Below are positions 37,619 to 46,674 of a DNA stretch of 64,000 bases, piece by piece (position 1 is the first letter of the stretch; each line of letters begins with the position of its first letter). This DNA is from a virus. The notes under the pieces are model-generated. The model was not told the origin of the DNA. It did not search any database and saw only the letters and a list, made by a program, of their open reading frames with translations. The stretch lies in IMG/VR virus record IMGVR_UViG_3300009553_000022, positions 2,630-66,629 of that record, one strand, 5' to 3'. Made by a program: the position numbers and the translations under genes.

Positions 37619-38364
37619 GGCGCATCGTCGGGGTCGGGATGGTATCCGATGGTTAGGATCTGCGTTGCGATCTCCGTGCCGGATTCTCTGAACGCGCCAG
37701 CTGGGACGTCTTCACGCTCCCACTCGTAGCCGTCCAGAACGTCGTCCCACTCGTCCAGATGCCCAGGCGCGACGATGGCGACAAGGCGGCCCCCATCAGC
37801 GAGCCACTTGAGCGCGTGCGTGACGTGCTTGATGTCAGAGCCCCGCGTAAAGGGCGGGTTCATCACGATGCGGCTGTACTTGATGGCGGGCGGGGGCAGA
37901 GTGAGGAAGTCGGCGATCTCCACCGTGCGCTCTTCGCCCTCCAGGTGTTTCTCGTTCTCGGGGTTCAGCTCGATGCAATAGACCCATGACGCACCAGCTC
38001 CCAGGCAGGCACGCGCGAGCGCGCCCTGTCCAGCCGAAGGCTCAAGGACGACATGCTCATCGAGAGAGGCAAGCGCGGCCACTCGCTCGGCCAGATGCGG
38101 CGGCGTATAGAATGCCTGGAACTTCTTGCGCTCGTCGATGGAGACGCCGCTGCCGAGCATCGCGGACAGCTTCGCTGTCGGACACGACTCAAATAGATGG
38201 CCCTTGCCGCGCTTCCACCTTCCACCAGCAGCGCGCAGAGCCTTGTCGACGGCCTCATACAGTGGGCGCGGCAACTGTGCGTCGGGGAGGCATACAGCGT
38301 TGCCGACGACTGTTGCACCGCGGAGCACGTCCGCAACTTCGGGGGAGATTTTAACGTCGGCCAT
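37597..38364 (-). CDS. SAM-dependent N6-adenine DNA methyltransferase-like protein
   Basis: FYTP, LEPSAGQG, MNPPF, F.ESGT. Confidence 0.85.
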   Translation of the reverse strand: MADVKISPEVADVLRGATVVGNAVCLPDAQLPRPLYEAVDKALRAAGGRWKRGKGHLFESCPTAKLSAMLGSGVSIDERKKFQAFYTPPHLAERVAALASLDEHVVLEPSAGQGALARACLGAGASWVYCIELNPENEKHLEGEERTVEIADFLTLPPPAIKYSRIVMNPPFTRGSDIKHVTHALKWLADGGRLVAIVAPGHLDEWDDVLDGYEWEREDVPAGAFRESGTEIATQILTIGYHPDPDDAPWAEAAH

Positions 38365-38367
38365 AGG

Positions 38368-38727
38368 TCAGGGGACGATGATGGGAGAAGACGCCTGGGC
38401 CTTCGGCGCGCGGCGGCGGCGCTGGAGAATGGCCTCGCACCACGCAGCCGCGACAGCAGCCACCTGGACGAGTTCTGTATACAGCTGGCGGTCTCGCTCC
38501 TCCTCGGTCGTCAGGACGCCGTTGCGGTAGTCACACAGCGCACGGGCGACTTCCCCGTTCTCCTCCGCGAGGACAGTGTAGCGCGCCTCGTCCAAGACGT
38601 TGGGGGCCGCACAGGTCCAGGCAAATTTGCCTGACTTGCATAGAACCTCCTGGCGCTCGCGCTCCGCGATGATGTCGTTCAGGACGGCTAGGCGAGCCGC
38701 GGCTCCGAGTTTGTCAGTGTCAGTCAC
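38368..38727 (-). CDS. MazG-like nucleotide pyrophosphohydrolase
   Basis: ER.RQ, LAEENGEVA, ELVQVAAVA..W.E; GTG at +4 of P4. Confidence 0.7.
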   Translation of the reverse strand: MTDTDKLGAAARLAVLNDIIAERERQEVLCKSGKFAWTCAAPNVLDEARYTVLAEENGEVARALCDYRNGVLTTEEERDRQLYTELVQVAAVAAAWCEAILQRRRRAPKAQASSPIIVP

Positions 38728-38777
38728 AGTCCCAGACATGAGCAGCCGGTGTGCCAACGTTTGACGCTGTCAGACAG
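38725..38777 (-). promoter_or_regulatory. sigma-54 promoter P4 with upstream boxes
   Basis: TGTCTGACAGCGTCAAACGT-TGGCACACCGGCTGCT-CATGTCTGGGACTGTG. Confidence 0.75.
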
Positions 38778-39353
38778 TGGTGTGCAGTGTCGAGGCCTGA
38801 ATGTTAGGCACGTCTAATATTGTTAGGCTGTATTATACCCGGCGCGGAGCGCGTGAAAATCACGCAGGTAAGTGTGCCATTTTGTCTCACTGCGCAGTTT
38901 TTGCACAGTGCCGGTTGTGTGTGTGCACGGACCCAGTAGCCCCGCGGGAGCACGATTCAGCCCCCACATCGCCGCCGCAGCCCGCCCGGACCCGGCGCCG
39001 ACCCTGGGCGTCAACGGGTTAGGCGCGCTCCGCGGCGAGGCCTGGGGCGCTCACACTTGTAGTAAGGGTGTGCGCGACGGCGGCTAAGACGCTGAGGCTG
39101 AGGGGCATATCCCCCGCGGAGCACGCTTGAACTAGGGAGGGGAACTAGCGCGAACGTTAACGGTAGCGCGGTCCCCAGGCGCAACCCACCGCGGAGCACG
39201 TAAGGTGTTGATAATAAACCGATTCCCCCCGAGACCCCCGGGGAAGGGAACCCCCGGCGGGGGCAGAGGGACCGAATTTTTGAATTTTGGCCGGTCAGAA
39301 AGTCCGCGGCGCGCTCCGCGAGGGGCTTGCAGGCGGAAAGCGGGTTCTCAGGC

Positions 39354-39503
39354 AAAAGGCGGAAATTTTGCCAAAAACAGGGGGGAGGTCCCTCCCATAC
39401 CATCTAGTAAGAATAATATAATAATAATAATAAAATAATATTATTACTAGTAATGGAGTAGGGAGCCACTTCCCCCCTGTTTTGGCCGAAATTCCCGCCT
39501 TTT
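39354..39503. repeat. About 65-bp imperfect inverted repeat around an (AAT)n core; candidate origin or terminus
   Basis: AAAAGGCGG..CCAAAA(A)CAGGGGG..CTAGTAA..AATAATAT mirrored on the right arm. Confidence 0.75.
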
Positions 39504-39507
39504 CGTG

Positions 39508-39544
39508 TTGCACGGTGTCAAACGGCGTGTTACAGTGTCTGAAG
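39508..39544 (+). promoter_or_regulatory. sigma-70 promoter with boxes
   Basis: TTGCAC-N17-TACAGT with TGn; boxes at 39516, 39526 and 39536. Confidence 0.5.
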
Positions 39545-39548
39545 TCTT

Positions 39549-40250
39549 ATGTGTCCTGTTAGAATCGTGTCTGTTGACGTCGAAAAGCTCGGGCGCTGGC
39601 CCGGTCTCCGGCCCGACTACGTGGAGCTTGGCCAGGAGTTTGATTCCATCGCTGCGCTTGGGCGGGCGTTCGGTTACCCGCCCAGGTCGCTTCAGCTTAG
39701 AGACAAGCCGCTGCGGCTTCACTGCGGTGTCACGATTCAGTTCACTGACGTCCCGGTACCGACGAGGCAGGAGATCCGCGACGAGTGTGTGCGCCTCCTG
39801 GAGTCTGGTGACCCTGCGACAATACAGCGGGCAGCCTTACGTGCCGCGTTTGCGGTGCGGTTCGGTCTAGTCGACGAGGGCCGGCAGAACTGCCCGGCTG
39901 ATCGGATGTATCGGACGCTGCAAGATGCCGGTGCGCTCCGCGACGTCGAGCGCCTTTTCGACCACAGGCACTACTTCCGTCGTGAGAACACGGCGGTGCT
40001 GGTGACGCAGCCGTATGGGCTCGGGCGCGCGGAGGATCCGACGTTGCACGAGTGGGCAGCCCGGTTTGGGATCGTGGTTTCAGGGGAGGACGAGTGGTCG
40101 TTTCACTATCCCGGCCAGACGTCGCTGATTATGTTCGAGCTGGACTTGCCGGCCGTCCGGCGTCTGGGTGTGACCGCCTACCGCACCCAGCGTAAAGCCC
40201 GACGCGAAGAGAACATCGCCGCATTGCGACGCCACCACAATCTCGTATGA
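39549..40250 (+). CDS. hypothetical protein
   Basis: DH...LVTQPY...SFHYPG.T. Confidence 0.6.
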   Translation: MCPVRIVSVDVEKLGRWPGLRPDYVELGQEFDSIAALGRAFGYPPRSLQLRDKPLRLHCGVTIQFTDVPVPTRQEIRDECVRLLESGDPATIQRAALRAAFAVRFGLVDEGRQNCPADRMYRTLQDAGALRDVERLFDHRHYFRRENTAVLVTQPYGLGRAEDPTLHEWAARFGIVVSGEDEWSFHYPGQTSLIMFELDLPAVRRLGVTAYRTQRKARREENIAALRRHHNLV

Positions 40251-40648
40251 ATCCGCCTCAACTCGCTCGCTGGAACGGCTCCGCATGGGAGCCCCTGGAC
40301 GTCTCGCCGGAGTGCCTGAAGATCGTCGACCTAATACTCGGGCTCCCGGGAAGCAGAAACTCCGTTGTCAACGGACAGCCGCCGCCCGTGCCGCACAAAC
40401 CCGGGCGCCCCGCGGAGCCCGTGTGCGTGGAGGAGGTCGATGACGCGGCTTATGCCTCCTGGTGTGAGAAGCACCCCGGCGCGAAGCCCGTGGACCTGAG
40501 CACGGTCTGGAGCAGTGGTGCGGAAGGCTCGGCTCACCTGGGATACGCCTCGGCGAACTATCTCGCCTGTCGGCTGGCCGGCAAGCGCAGCGTCAAGCTG
40601 GGCTGTGGTGTGACGGTTTGCTACGTGAAACACTCCCGATTCGACTAA
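40247..40648 (+). CDS. hypothetical protein
   Basis: ATGA overlap. Confidence 0.5.
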   Translation: MNPPQLARWNGSAWEPLDVSPECLKIVDLILGLPGSRNSVVNGQPPPVPHKPGRPAEPVCVEEVDDAAYASWCEKHPGAKPVDLSTVWSSGAEGSAHLGYASANYLACRLAGKRSVKLGCGVTVCYVKHSRFD

Positions 40649-40767
40649 ACAGTGCACGCCTGCCTGAACTACTCGGCCCACATGTACCGCTGCTGCTGGC
40701 TTTGCCGGAAGCGCCTCACACCGACGATCGTTTGTAACTGGTGTTGGCTAGGTACTTGGTCTGATTT

Positions 40768-40811
40768 TGTCTGACACTGTGGCACGGCGTCTGCTCATGT
40801 CTGGAGGTGTG
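40768..40811 (+). promoter_or_regulatory. sigma-54 promoter P5
   Basis: TGTCTGACACTG-TGGCACGGCGTCTGCT-CATGTCTGGAGGTGTG. Confidence 0.8.
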
Positions 40812-41015
40812 AGCAAGCAACTAACACGAAGCAGCGTCAAAGCAATGAAGCCGGCCGAGCAGGCCGCGGCGTACTTCGCTGACAACACGGCGATGTATGT
40901 AACCAACGATCGGCCCGGCCCCAGCCTGCGAGCGCAAGAAGCGTTCTGGAACGACTGGCAGGAGGCCCTGGACACCTGGAAGGCGACGCTGCCTCGCGAC
41001 CGTTTCTCCGTATGA
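40809..41015 (+). CDS. hypothetical protein
   Basis: GTG at +4 of P5. Confidence 0.55.
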   Translation: MSKQLTRSSVKAMKPAEQAAAYFADNTAMYVTNDRPGPSLRAQEAFWNDWQEALDTWKATLPRDRFSV

Positions 41016-41347
41016 GCACGACCACAACTGCACTCCGATTTGGCGGCGACGACTTGGAAGTCGCGTTCTGGCAGTTCCACGAGGAAAACCCTCAGGTGTA
41101 TTCGCTGCTGCGCGACGAGGCGTTGAAGAAGCGCCGTGCTGGTGCGACGAAGCTCGGCATTGCGAAGCTGTACGAGCAAATCCGCTGGGAGATGGCCCAC
41201 GGCGTCATTCCTGAGGACGATTGTTTCGTCCTGAACAACAATCACCGCGCGCTGTATGCCCGCTTCTTGATGGAGCAAGAGCCGGAGTTGAGAGGCTTCT
41301 TCGAGATCCGAACTCGGGTCAGCACCCGCCCGCCCGTATGCGCGTAA
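41012..41347 (+). CDS. conserved phage protein
   Basis: F..FH..NP.VY...IRW...NNN....YAR. Confidence 0.65.
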   Translation: MSTTTTALRFGGDDLEVAFWQFHEENPQVYSLLRDEALKKRRAGATKLGIAKLYEQIRWEMAHGVIPEDDCFVLNNNHRALYARFLMEQEPELRGFFEIRTRVSTRPPVCA

Positions 41348-41628
41348 CCGTCAACGTTCGGCAAGAAGAGATCGACAAAGGCGAACGCTGCTCAGCCTGC
41401 AACTGCGCTGTCGCCCTGGCTGTGCTCCGCGCGGTGCCCGATGCGACGCATGTCCGGGTTGAAGGGGCTCTGACACGGCAGACGATCTGCATCTACGCGC
41501 CGGCCTGGAACCCCTCGACTGTCACTATCTGCTCCCCGGAGTCCGTCGGGCGTTTTGTTGACGCCTACGACAAGAGCCTGCCTGTCGCCCCGTTCTCGTT
41601 CGACATCGAAATCCCGGATTTTGAATGA
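41338..41628 (+). CDS. conserved phage protein
   Basis: V....I..G......C.VALA. Confidence 0.6.
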   Translation: MRVTVNVRQEEIDKGERCSACNCAVALAVLRAVPDATHVRVEGALTRQTICIYAPAWNPSTVTICSPESVGRFVDAYDKSLPVAPFSFDIEIPDFE

Positions 41629-42089
41629 GCCCGCATCTTCGATACCTCTCTTACCTGATCCGCCACAAGTGGTTTGTCTTTGTGGCCGGCCTCAAAGTCG
41701 GCGCGCCGCTGTGGCGTTTAATCATCCACGACTGGTCAAAGTCTTTGCCCTCGGAGTGGCTCGCCTACGTCGAGAGCTTTTACGGCGGACACAACCCACG
41801 CCCCCAGTGGGTGAAGGAAGATTTTGACCGCGCTTGGCTGCGTCACCAACACCGCAACGATCACCATTGGCAGCACTGGGTCCTTCGCAACGACGACGGT
41901 TCGACCAAGCCGCTGCAGATGCCGATCGCCTGCGCCGAGGAGATGGTTGCGGACTGGGCCGGCGCGGGCCGCGCAATTACTGGCAAGTGGGAGGTTGCGG
42001 CATGGTATGCCAAGAACCACGAGAAGATCCTTCTGCACCCGAACACTGCCGCAGTCGTCGACGCCATGCTGAAAGTGTATTTCCCGTGA
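41625..42089 (+). CDS. HD-like (DUF5662-like) phosphohydrolase
   Basis: HKWFV, IHDWSK, H..RN.HHW, EMVADW. Confidence 0.75.
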   Translation: MSPHLRYLSYLIRHKWFVFVAGLKVGAPLWRLIIHDWSKSLPSEWLAYVESFYGGHNPRPQWVKEDFDRAWLRHQHRNDHHWQHWVLRNDDGSTKPLQMPIACAEEMVADWAGAGRAITGKWEVAAWYAKNHEKILLHPNTAAVVDAMLKVYFP

Positions 42090-42484
42090 ACATCGAAACT
42101 CACACCATCGCCGGGACTGCAACCGGGCGGCCCAGTTGTGTTGAAAATAATCAGTCTCCAGTCGCCTGGACGCTCGTTGCTGGGCTGGCGTTTGCGGTCG
42201 ACCTGGAAGAGAAGGCCGCGAAAGTCGGGCTGCATGTCGCCCTCGGCGGTGGCGTGCTGTATCGAGGTTACTCCTGCAAGGATCTCGACGTGATCATTTA
42301 CCCGAACGGGCCGATTGATCCGAACTGGCAGGAGACCGCGATCAAATTCATCGACGAGCATGTCGGCAAGTCGATTCGCTGCACGCGTGATCGCGACGTC
42401 GCCACCAACAAGCACGTCCGGACCGCGCGAATCGCAAACGGCGACTTCGCTGGCAAACGCGTCGATTTCTTTTTGCTCTCGTGA
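42086..42484 (+). CDS. Pol-beta-fold nucleotidyltransferase-like protein
   Basis: LGGGVL..G.S.KDLD...VDFF. Confidence 0.6.
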   Translation: MNIETHTIAGTATGRPSCVENNQSPVAWTLVAGLAFAVDLEEKAAKVGLHVALGGGVLYRGYSCKDLDVIIYPNGPIDPNWQETAIKFIDEHVGKSIRCTRDRDVATNKHVRTARIANGDFAGKRVDFFLLS

Positions 42485-42544
42485 AAATCCTGATGATGCT
42501 CGCCCTGCTAACCCTGCTGCTCTGGCGGATATTCGACAAATAAT

Positions 42545-42694
42545 ATGCCCAACAACAACCCTCCAACTGACTGGCTCCGCGTTGCGCTGAAACTCTTCGT
42601 GGGGTTCGGCATTATGTGCGTCGCCGTCGGCGCCGCGACCCTCTTCGCCCACTTCATTGCGCTGCTCGCGGGCATCCTGGGAGGAGTGCTTTGA
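42545..42694 (+). CDS. small membrane protein
   Basis: 49 aa, hydrophobic; TTGA overlap downstream. Confidence 0.5.
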   Translation: MPNNNPPTDWLRVALKLFVGFGIMCVAVGAATLFAHFIALLAGILGGVL

Positions 42695-43101
42695 AAGAGT
42701 ACGTCGCCGGATTTTTGTTCTCCACCGACCGCAGCCGGGTCGTTCTGATCTGCAAAGAGAAACCCGCCTGGCAGGCCGGCAAGCTGAACGGAGTCGGCGG
42801 GAAGATCGAGCGCGACGAGCTGCCGCATCAGGCCATGCGCCGCGAGTTCTTCGAGGAAACCGGCGCGAAGACTTGCGTCTCGGACTGGCACCACTTCTGC
42901 AGGTACCAGGGTGAGGATTGTGTCGTGCATTTCTTCCGTGCCTTTAAAGATCTCGAAGTCGAGTCAGTGACGAGCGAGCTTGTGCGCTGGTACTACGTCC
43001 GTGAACTGAACACATACCCCACGCTGCCTAACCTCTCCTGGCTGGTGCCGTTTGCCCTCGACGAAACGCTGTCGCATTCTGAGGTCTACGAGGTGGCTTA
43101 A
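42691..43101 (+). CDS. NUDIX hydrolase
   Basis: GGKIERDE.....MRREFFEETG; Shine-Dalgarno GGAGGAG. Confidence 0.9.
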   Translation: MKEYVAGFLFSTDRSRVVLICKEKPAWQAGKLNGVGGKIERDELPHQAMRREFFEETGAKTCVSDWHHFCRYQGEDCVVHFFRAFKDLEVESVTSELVRWYYVRELNTYPTLPNLSWLVPFALDETLSHSEVYEVA

Positions 43102-43107
43102 CCGCCC

Positions 43108-43122
43108 GAAGTGTGGTATATT
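43108..43122 (+). promoter_or_regulatory. Extended -10 motif GAAGTGTGGTATATT (class-3 promoter)
   Basis: Same motif at 48274 and, with 2 mismatches, at 62466. Confidence 0.5.
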
Positions 43123-43144
43123 TCCCGCGTTCCAGAAGGAGGCA

Positions 43145-43600
43145 ATGAAAGTCTGCGGCATGACAGGGGATCAGGTCCAGGGCCTTGTCCGTTACTGGCA
43201 GGAAAAGCTGCGACTGCGTGATTGGGACATATCGGTTGAGTTCGTCGACCCGCGCGATATTCCGGACAGCTGGGGATCGAATGAGTATGAGGCGGACTTG
43301 CTCCGCGCCAAGATCAAGATTTCGACGGACCAGCCGTCGATGCGGTGCTTAATCGACACGATATGCCACGAACTGTTGCATCTGATGTTTCACCTGGCGG
43401 AGCCGGAAACCCCGGAGATGCGGATCACCGAGCAGGGTATTGTCCGAATTGCACCGGTCTTGGCAGAATTTTACCTCGGATCCCTTCCTTCCACGAAACG
43501 CTGCGAAGGAAATTGCAGATCATCCGCGGCGCGCAAAAAAGTTTCGCGCAAGCGTTCCGGAAGATCGACGTCGACGCGTCGGAAGTTCGGCGCTGGTTGA
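43145..43600 (+). CDS. Zinc metallopeptidase-like (HExxH) protein
   Basis: W...LRL.DWDI, CHELLH; Shine-Dalgarno AGGAGG. Confidence 0.6.
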   Translation: MKVCGMTGDQVQGLVRYWQEKLRLRDWDISVEFVDPRDIPDSWGSNEYEADLLRAKIKISTDQPSMRCLIDTICHELLHLMFHLAEPETPEMRITEQGIVRIAPVLAEFYLGSLPSTKRCEGNCRSSAARKKVSRKRSGRSTSTRRKFGAG

Positions 43601-43926
43601 TCGGTGAGGCGTGGCCAAGTCGTCGGCGCATGGAGCAGATCGATGCGCTGTATGAATGGTGCTGGAGGAAGTCGAGGCGAAGAACCGAGTTCCGCAGCGT
43701 GCGCCACTATCGCGACAAGGCGATGAAGGAAGGCCCGAAGTTCGACGCCCAGGGGAACCCGATTCCGCTGCCGAAGCCTCCGCCGCGAAAAGCGAAGGCG
43801 GCTTGTTTCAAACTGCCTGAAGCGCCGGCCCGTTACGTGGTCGACGAGAAAATTTTTGATGCTGGTGAATACAAACCAACCGATCCGTCCGCTCCCGGCG
43901 CCCTGGAGGTGCCCGCTGTGCGGTAG
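43345..43926 (+). CDS. XRE-like HTH protein (start uncertain)
   Basis: VDASEVRRWL.G...P; overlaps the upstream ORF. Confidence 0.4.
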   Translation: MLNRHDMPRTVASDVSPGGAGNPGDADHRAGYCPNCTGLGRILPRIPSFHETLRRKLQIIRGAQKSFAQAFRKIDVDASEVRRWLIGEAWPSRRRMEQIDALYEWCWRKSRRRTEFRSVRHYRDKAMKEGPKFDAQGNPIPLPKPPPRKAKAACFKLPEAPARYVVDEKIFDAGEYKPTDPSAPGALEVPAVR

Positions 43927-44072
43927 CGGCATGGCGCCGCATGCGGATCGATGCCCGTGCAACGGGCCGTATCCGAAGCCGCCTGGACCTTACGAGTACG
44001 TTCCGCCGGCTCCAGGACTGCCGGGACCTTACGAGTGCTTTCCGCCACCGTGGATCGCCTGGTGCTAATTTT

Positions 44073-44249
44073 ATGGCAAACCCAACATACTCAAGCGCGA
44101 CGAATCCTGGCAAAGGGTCCGAAGGGCGCCAAATCGAAAACAAGAAACGTGTTCAAAACACCGGCTACGCTCATGCGGCCGCGCTGAAGGGTCCGATCAA
44201 GACGACCCCCAAACGCTGCCCAGGCAGCCGCAACACCGCGGGGAAGTGA
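44073..44249 (+). CDS. small basic protein
   Basis: GTGA overlap downstream. Confidence 0.45.
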   Translation: MANPTYSSATNPGKGSEGRQIENKKRVQNTGYAHAAALKGPIKTTPKRCPGSRNTAGK

Positions 44250-44419
44250 AGAAGGCCGGGCGACCGCGCGGACCGCATCGAGTGTTCGTAACCGTCACCG
44301 TGTTACCCTCGACGCTGGCTTCGCTCGACCGCTTGGTGTTTGCCCTGGGGAAGAAGCTTTCCCGGGGCCGGCTCCTCGACCTCGTGCTCCCCGTAATCGA
44401 GAACGACCTGAACAAATGA
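44246..44419 (+). CDS. AT-hook plus RHH-like small DNA-binding protein
   Basis: MKKAGRPRG..RVFVTVTV..LASLD..SRGRLLD. Confidence 0.5.
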   Translation: MKKAGRPRGPHRVFVTVTVLPSTLASLDRLVFALGKKLSRGRLLDLVLPVIENDLNK

Positions 44420-44557
44420 TCCGCTTCAACCGCAATCTGCTCCTGCCGAGCTTTTGTGTCGACCTGTGCTGGCATTCCGGCCCGCGCCGCCTGCCCACGC
44501 TCCACATCCACCTTTGGCGCTGGTCGCTGACCGTCAACTCGCCATGGGATCATCTCA

Positions 44558-44611
44558 TGTCTGACATTGACTGAAACCGTGGCACGGTAGCTGCTCTTGT
44601 CTGACACTGTG
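44558..44611 (+). promoter_or_regulatory. sigma-54 promoter P6
   Basis: TGGCACGGTAGCTGCT (44580-44595) followed by CTTGTCTGACACTGTG; upstream box at 44558. Confidence 0.8.
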
Positions 44612-44836
44612 AAACGTCTACTGACACAAGTTCGCATCTGGTTGATGCGGTATCACGCGGAGTTCCTCCTGCAACGCGTTCTCGCCGAAATCGATCGGAT
44701 CGATGCGATCCAATACGCGAACATTCGTCGCGATCGCGAAATCATTCGTCTTTCCCAAGAAGCCGACAAACTCGAAGCCTCCCTTGACGCGGAGAGCCGA
44801 CGCCGCAAACGCGCCTTCTTGGAACTCCCGGACTAG
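44609..44836 (+). CDS. hypothetical coiled-coil protein
   Basis: GTG at +4 of P6. Confidence 0.55.
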   Translation: MKRLLTQVRIWLMRYHAEFLLQRVLAEIDRIDAIQYANIRRDREIIRLSQEADKLEASLDAESRRRKRAFLELPD

Positions 44837-44915
44837 TGCCGCCTTTGGGGCCGCTGAGGTTTTGTCCAGCGCGAAGGGTCCAGACGTAAACTGCACCACC
44901 CCAATAAAATTTCGT

Positions 44916-45191
44916 ATGCCTCCTTTGGTCGCAAAGCCCCCCGCCGTTCTCGGCGTCAAGCAACGCAAAACCCTCCGGGTCGACATGCCGACGCTTCCGC
45001 CCGGCGCCGTCATCCGCGCGACGGATCGCAACTACGTGATCCAGCGAAACGGTTCCTGGGTGCGCCGCGACCGCGAGGAGGAGCTGCCAGCCCGCAAGTC
45101 CATGGTTTATCTGGCGCACCCCTCCCGGCCGCCGTACGTCCACCGAACCAAAACAACCGCGGATCCGATCCCATTCAACGTGGCGCGTTGA
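44916..45191 (+). CDS. hypothetical protein
   Basis: R.Y.....GSW.R; TTGA overlap downstream. Confidence 0.45.
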   Translation: MPPLVAKPPAVLGVKQRKTLRVDMPTLPPGAVIRATDRNYVIQRNGSWVRRDREEELPARKSMVYLAHPSRPPYVHRTKTTADPIPFNVAR

Positions 45192-45202
45192 TTCCTACAC
45201 CT

Positions 45203-45964
45203 ATGAAATACCTCAGCTGCCTGCTGTTGTTCGTACTCACTGCGTTCTCAACCCCCGCGGCAACGAGTTCCGCCGCGATCCAACACGTCCAGGCGGTGTC
45301 TGTCACCGTGATCGCTGGCCGGTCGGCGGGAAGTGGTACGCTGATTACCCGCACGAACCCCGCGGGCAAGGAGTTTACCCTGTGCCTGACGGCGGGGCAT
45401 GTCATTGAGGGCAGCGTCGGTGCCGGTGCCCACTCTGTCACGAACCACGCGGCCGTCATCCCGCCAATTCCGTTTCCCCTCGCCTCACCGAGCAGTTCGG
45501 CTGCCGTCCAGGTTATGACCACGATCACAGAGGGCGACCGCATCGTCGGTTGTACGCTCATTGACGCCGTCGTCGTTGCGTTCTCTCCTGCGGATCAGGA
45601 CGACATCGCTATATTGTTGCTTCGGAAAATCGTACGCCATCCGGACGTTAGATTTGGGACGGACAAGGCGCCGTCGATCGGGACCCCGCTTATGCATGTC
45701 GGATCGATGATGGGGCCGTTTGGCGCTGGAAGCTTCACGACAGGCGTCTTGTCTCAGACCGGGCGCGTGATGTTTGACGTGGAATTCGATCAGACGAGTT
45801 GTACAGCACTCCCCGGCTCTTCGGGCGGCGGGGTGTTCGACGAGTCCGGCACCTATGTCGGTATGCTGGTGAGAGGATCGGCAGCGACGGTCAACTTTAC
45901 CGTGCCGGTGCGCCGGCTTCGGGCCTGGGCCAAGTCGCAGGGCATCCCCTGGTTGTTCCCATGA
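45203..45964 (+). CDS. Secreted trypsin-like serine protease
   Basis: Signal peptide; LTAGH, DIAIL, PGSSGGG catalytic triad. Confidence 0.85.
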   Translation: MKYLSCLLLFVLTAFSTPAATSSAAIQHVQAVSVTVIAGRSAGSGTLITRTNPAGKEFTLCLTAGHVIEGSVGAGAHSVTNHAAVIPPIPFPLASPSSSAAVQVMTTITEGDRIVGCTLIDAVVVAFSPADQDDIAILLLRKIVRHPDVRFGTDKAPSIGTPLMHVGSMMGPFGAGSFTTGVLSQTGRVMFDVEFDQTSCTALPGSSGGGVFDESGTYVGMLVRGSAATVNFTVPVRRLRAWAKSQGIPWLFP

Positions 45965-46674
45965 GCCCGACCGAAATACCGCCTGGATTCTGTCGATTGC
46001 CGATTGATGTATTGGCTTACCAGGAGGTCGTCATCCAGAACTGTTACCGCCTGCCAACATCCGTCCCGCCTGGGCAGGTAGCCGTCGACATCGGCGCGCA
46101 CATCGGCTGTTTCACTTGCGAGGCGCTTGACCGGGGCTTTGACCGCGTCTTTTCCTTCGAGGCCGACCCTCGGAACTTTTCCCAGCTCTGCCGGAACGCG
46201 GTTCGTCGGCCCGACGCGCGTCGCGCAGAGCTGCAATGGGGTGCCGTGTGGCGGTCCGACAAGCCTTTGACTGATCTCCGAATGGCCTGGCAGTTCGATC
46301 CGAACGTCCGCGAGACGAACACAGGCGGCGGGTCGGTGGCACTGAGCTTCGGATCTGGCGACTTGGTCCCGGGGCACTCGCTCCGCAGCGTCTTCCAGCG
46401 CCTCGACCAACTCAAGATCCCCCGGATTAATTTTCTCAAGCTGGACTGCGAGGGCTCCGAGTTTCCGATCCTTTACTCCGCGCCGGACCTACTCGATCGC
46501 GTCGACCGCATCGCAGCAGAGCTTCACGACAACCTGCCTTGGAAATCTGACGCGCTCGTCGACGGCTTCGAGAATACTGAAGAGGCCGTGCACAGCTTTC
46601 TTCGGTCGCACGGATTCACAACCGAACGCGCCGACGGATTCCCAAACCGCCCTTATTTGTTCGCGGAGCGATAA
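45961..46674 (+). CDS. FkbM-family methyltransferase
   Basis: VDIGAHIG, FEAD, LKLDCEGSE, ELH. Confidence 0.88.
   Translation: MSPTEIPPGFCRLPIDVLAYQEVVIQNCYRLPTSVPPGQVAVDIGAHIGCFTCEALDRGFDRVFSFEADPRNFSQLCRNAVRRPDARRAELQWGAVWRSDKPLTDLRMAWQFDPNVRETNTGGGSVALSFGSGDLVPGHSLRSVFQRLDQLKIPRINFLKLDCEGSEFPILYSAPDLLDRVDRIAAELHDNLPWKSDALVDGFENTEEAVHSFLRSHGFTTERADGFPNRPYLFAER

Noticed and set aside
43113-43128. TGGTATATTTCCCGC as an eighth sigma-54 promoter
   Set aside because: It lacks the shared downstream box and +4 GTG, and its sister motifs have GG-N8-GC spacing.
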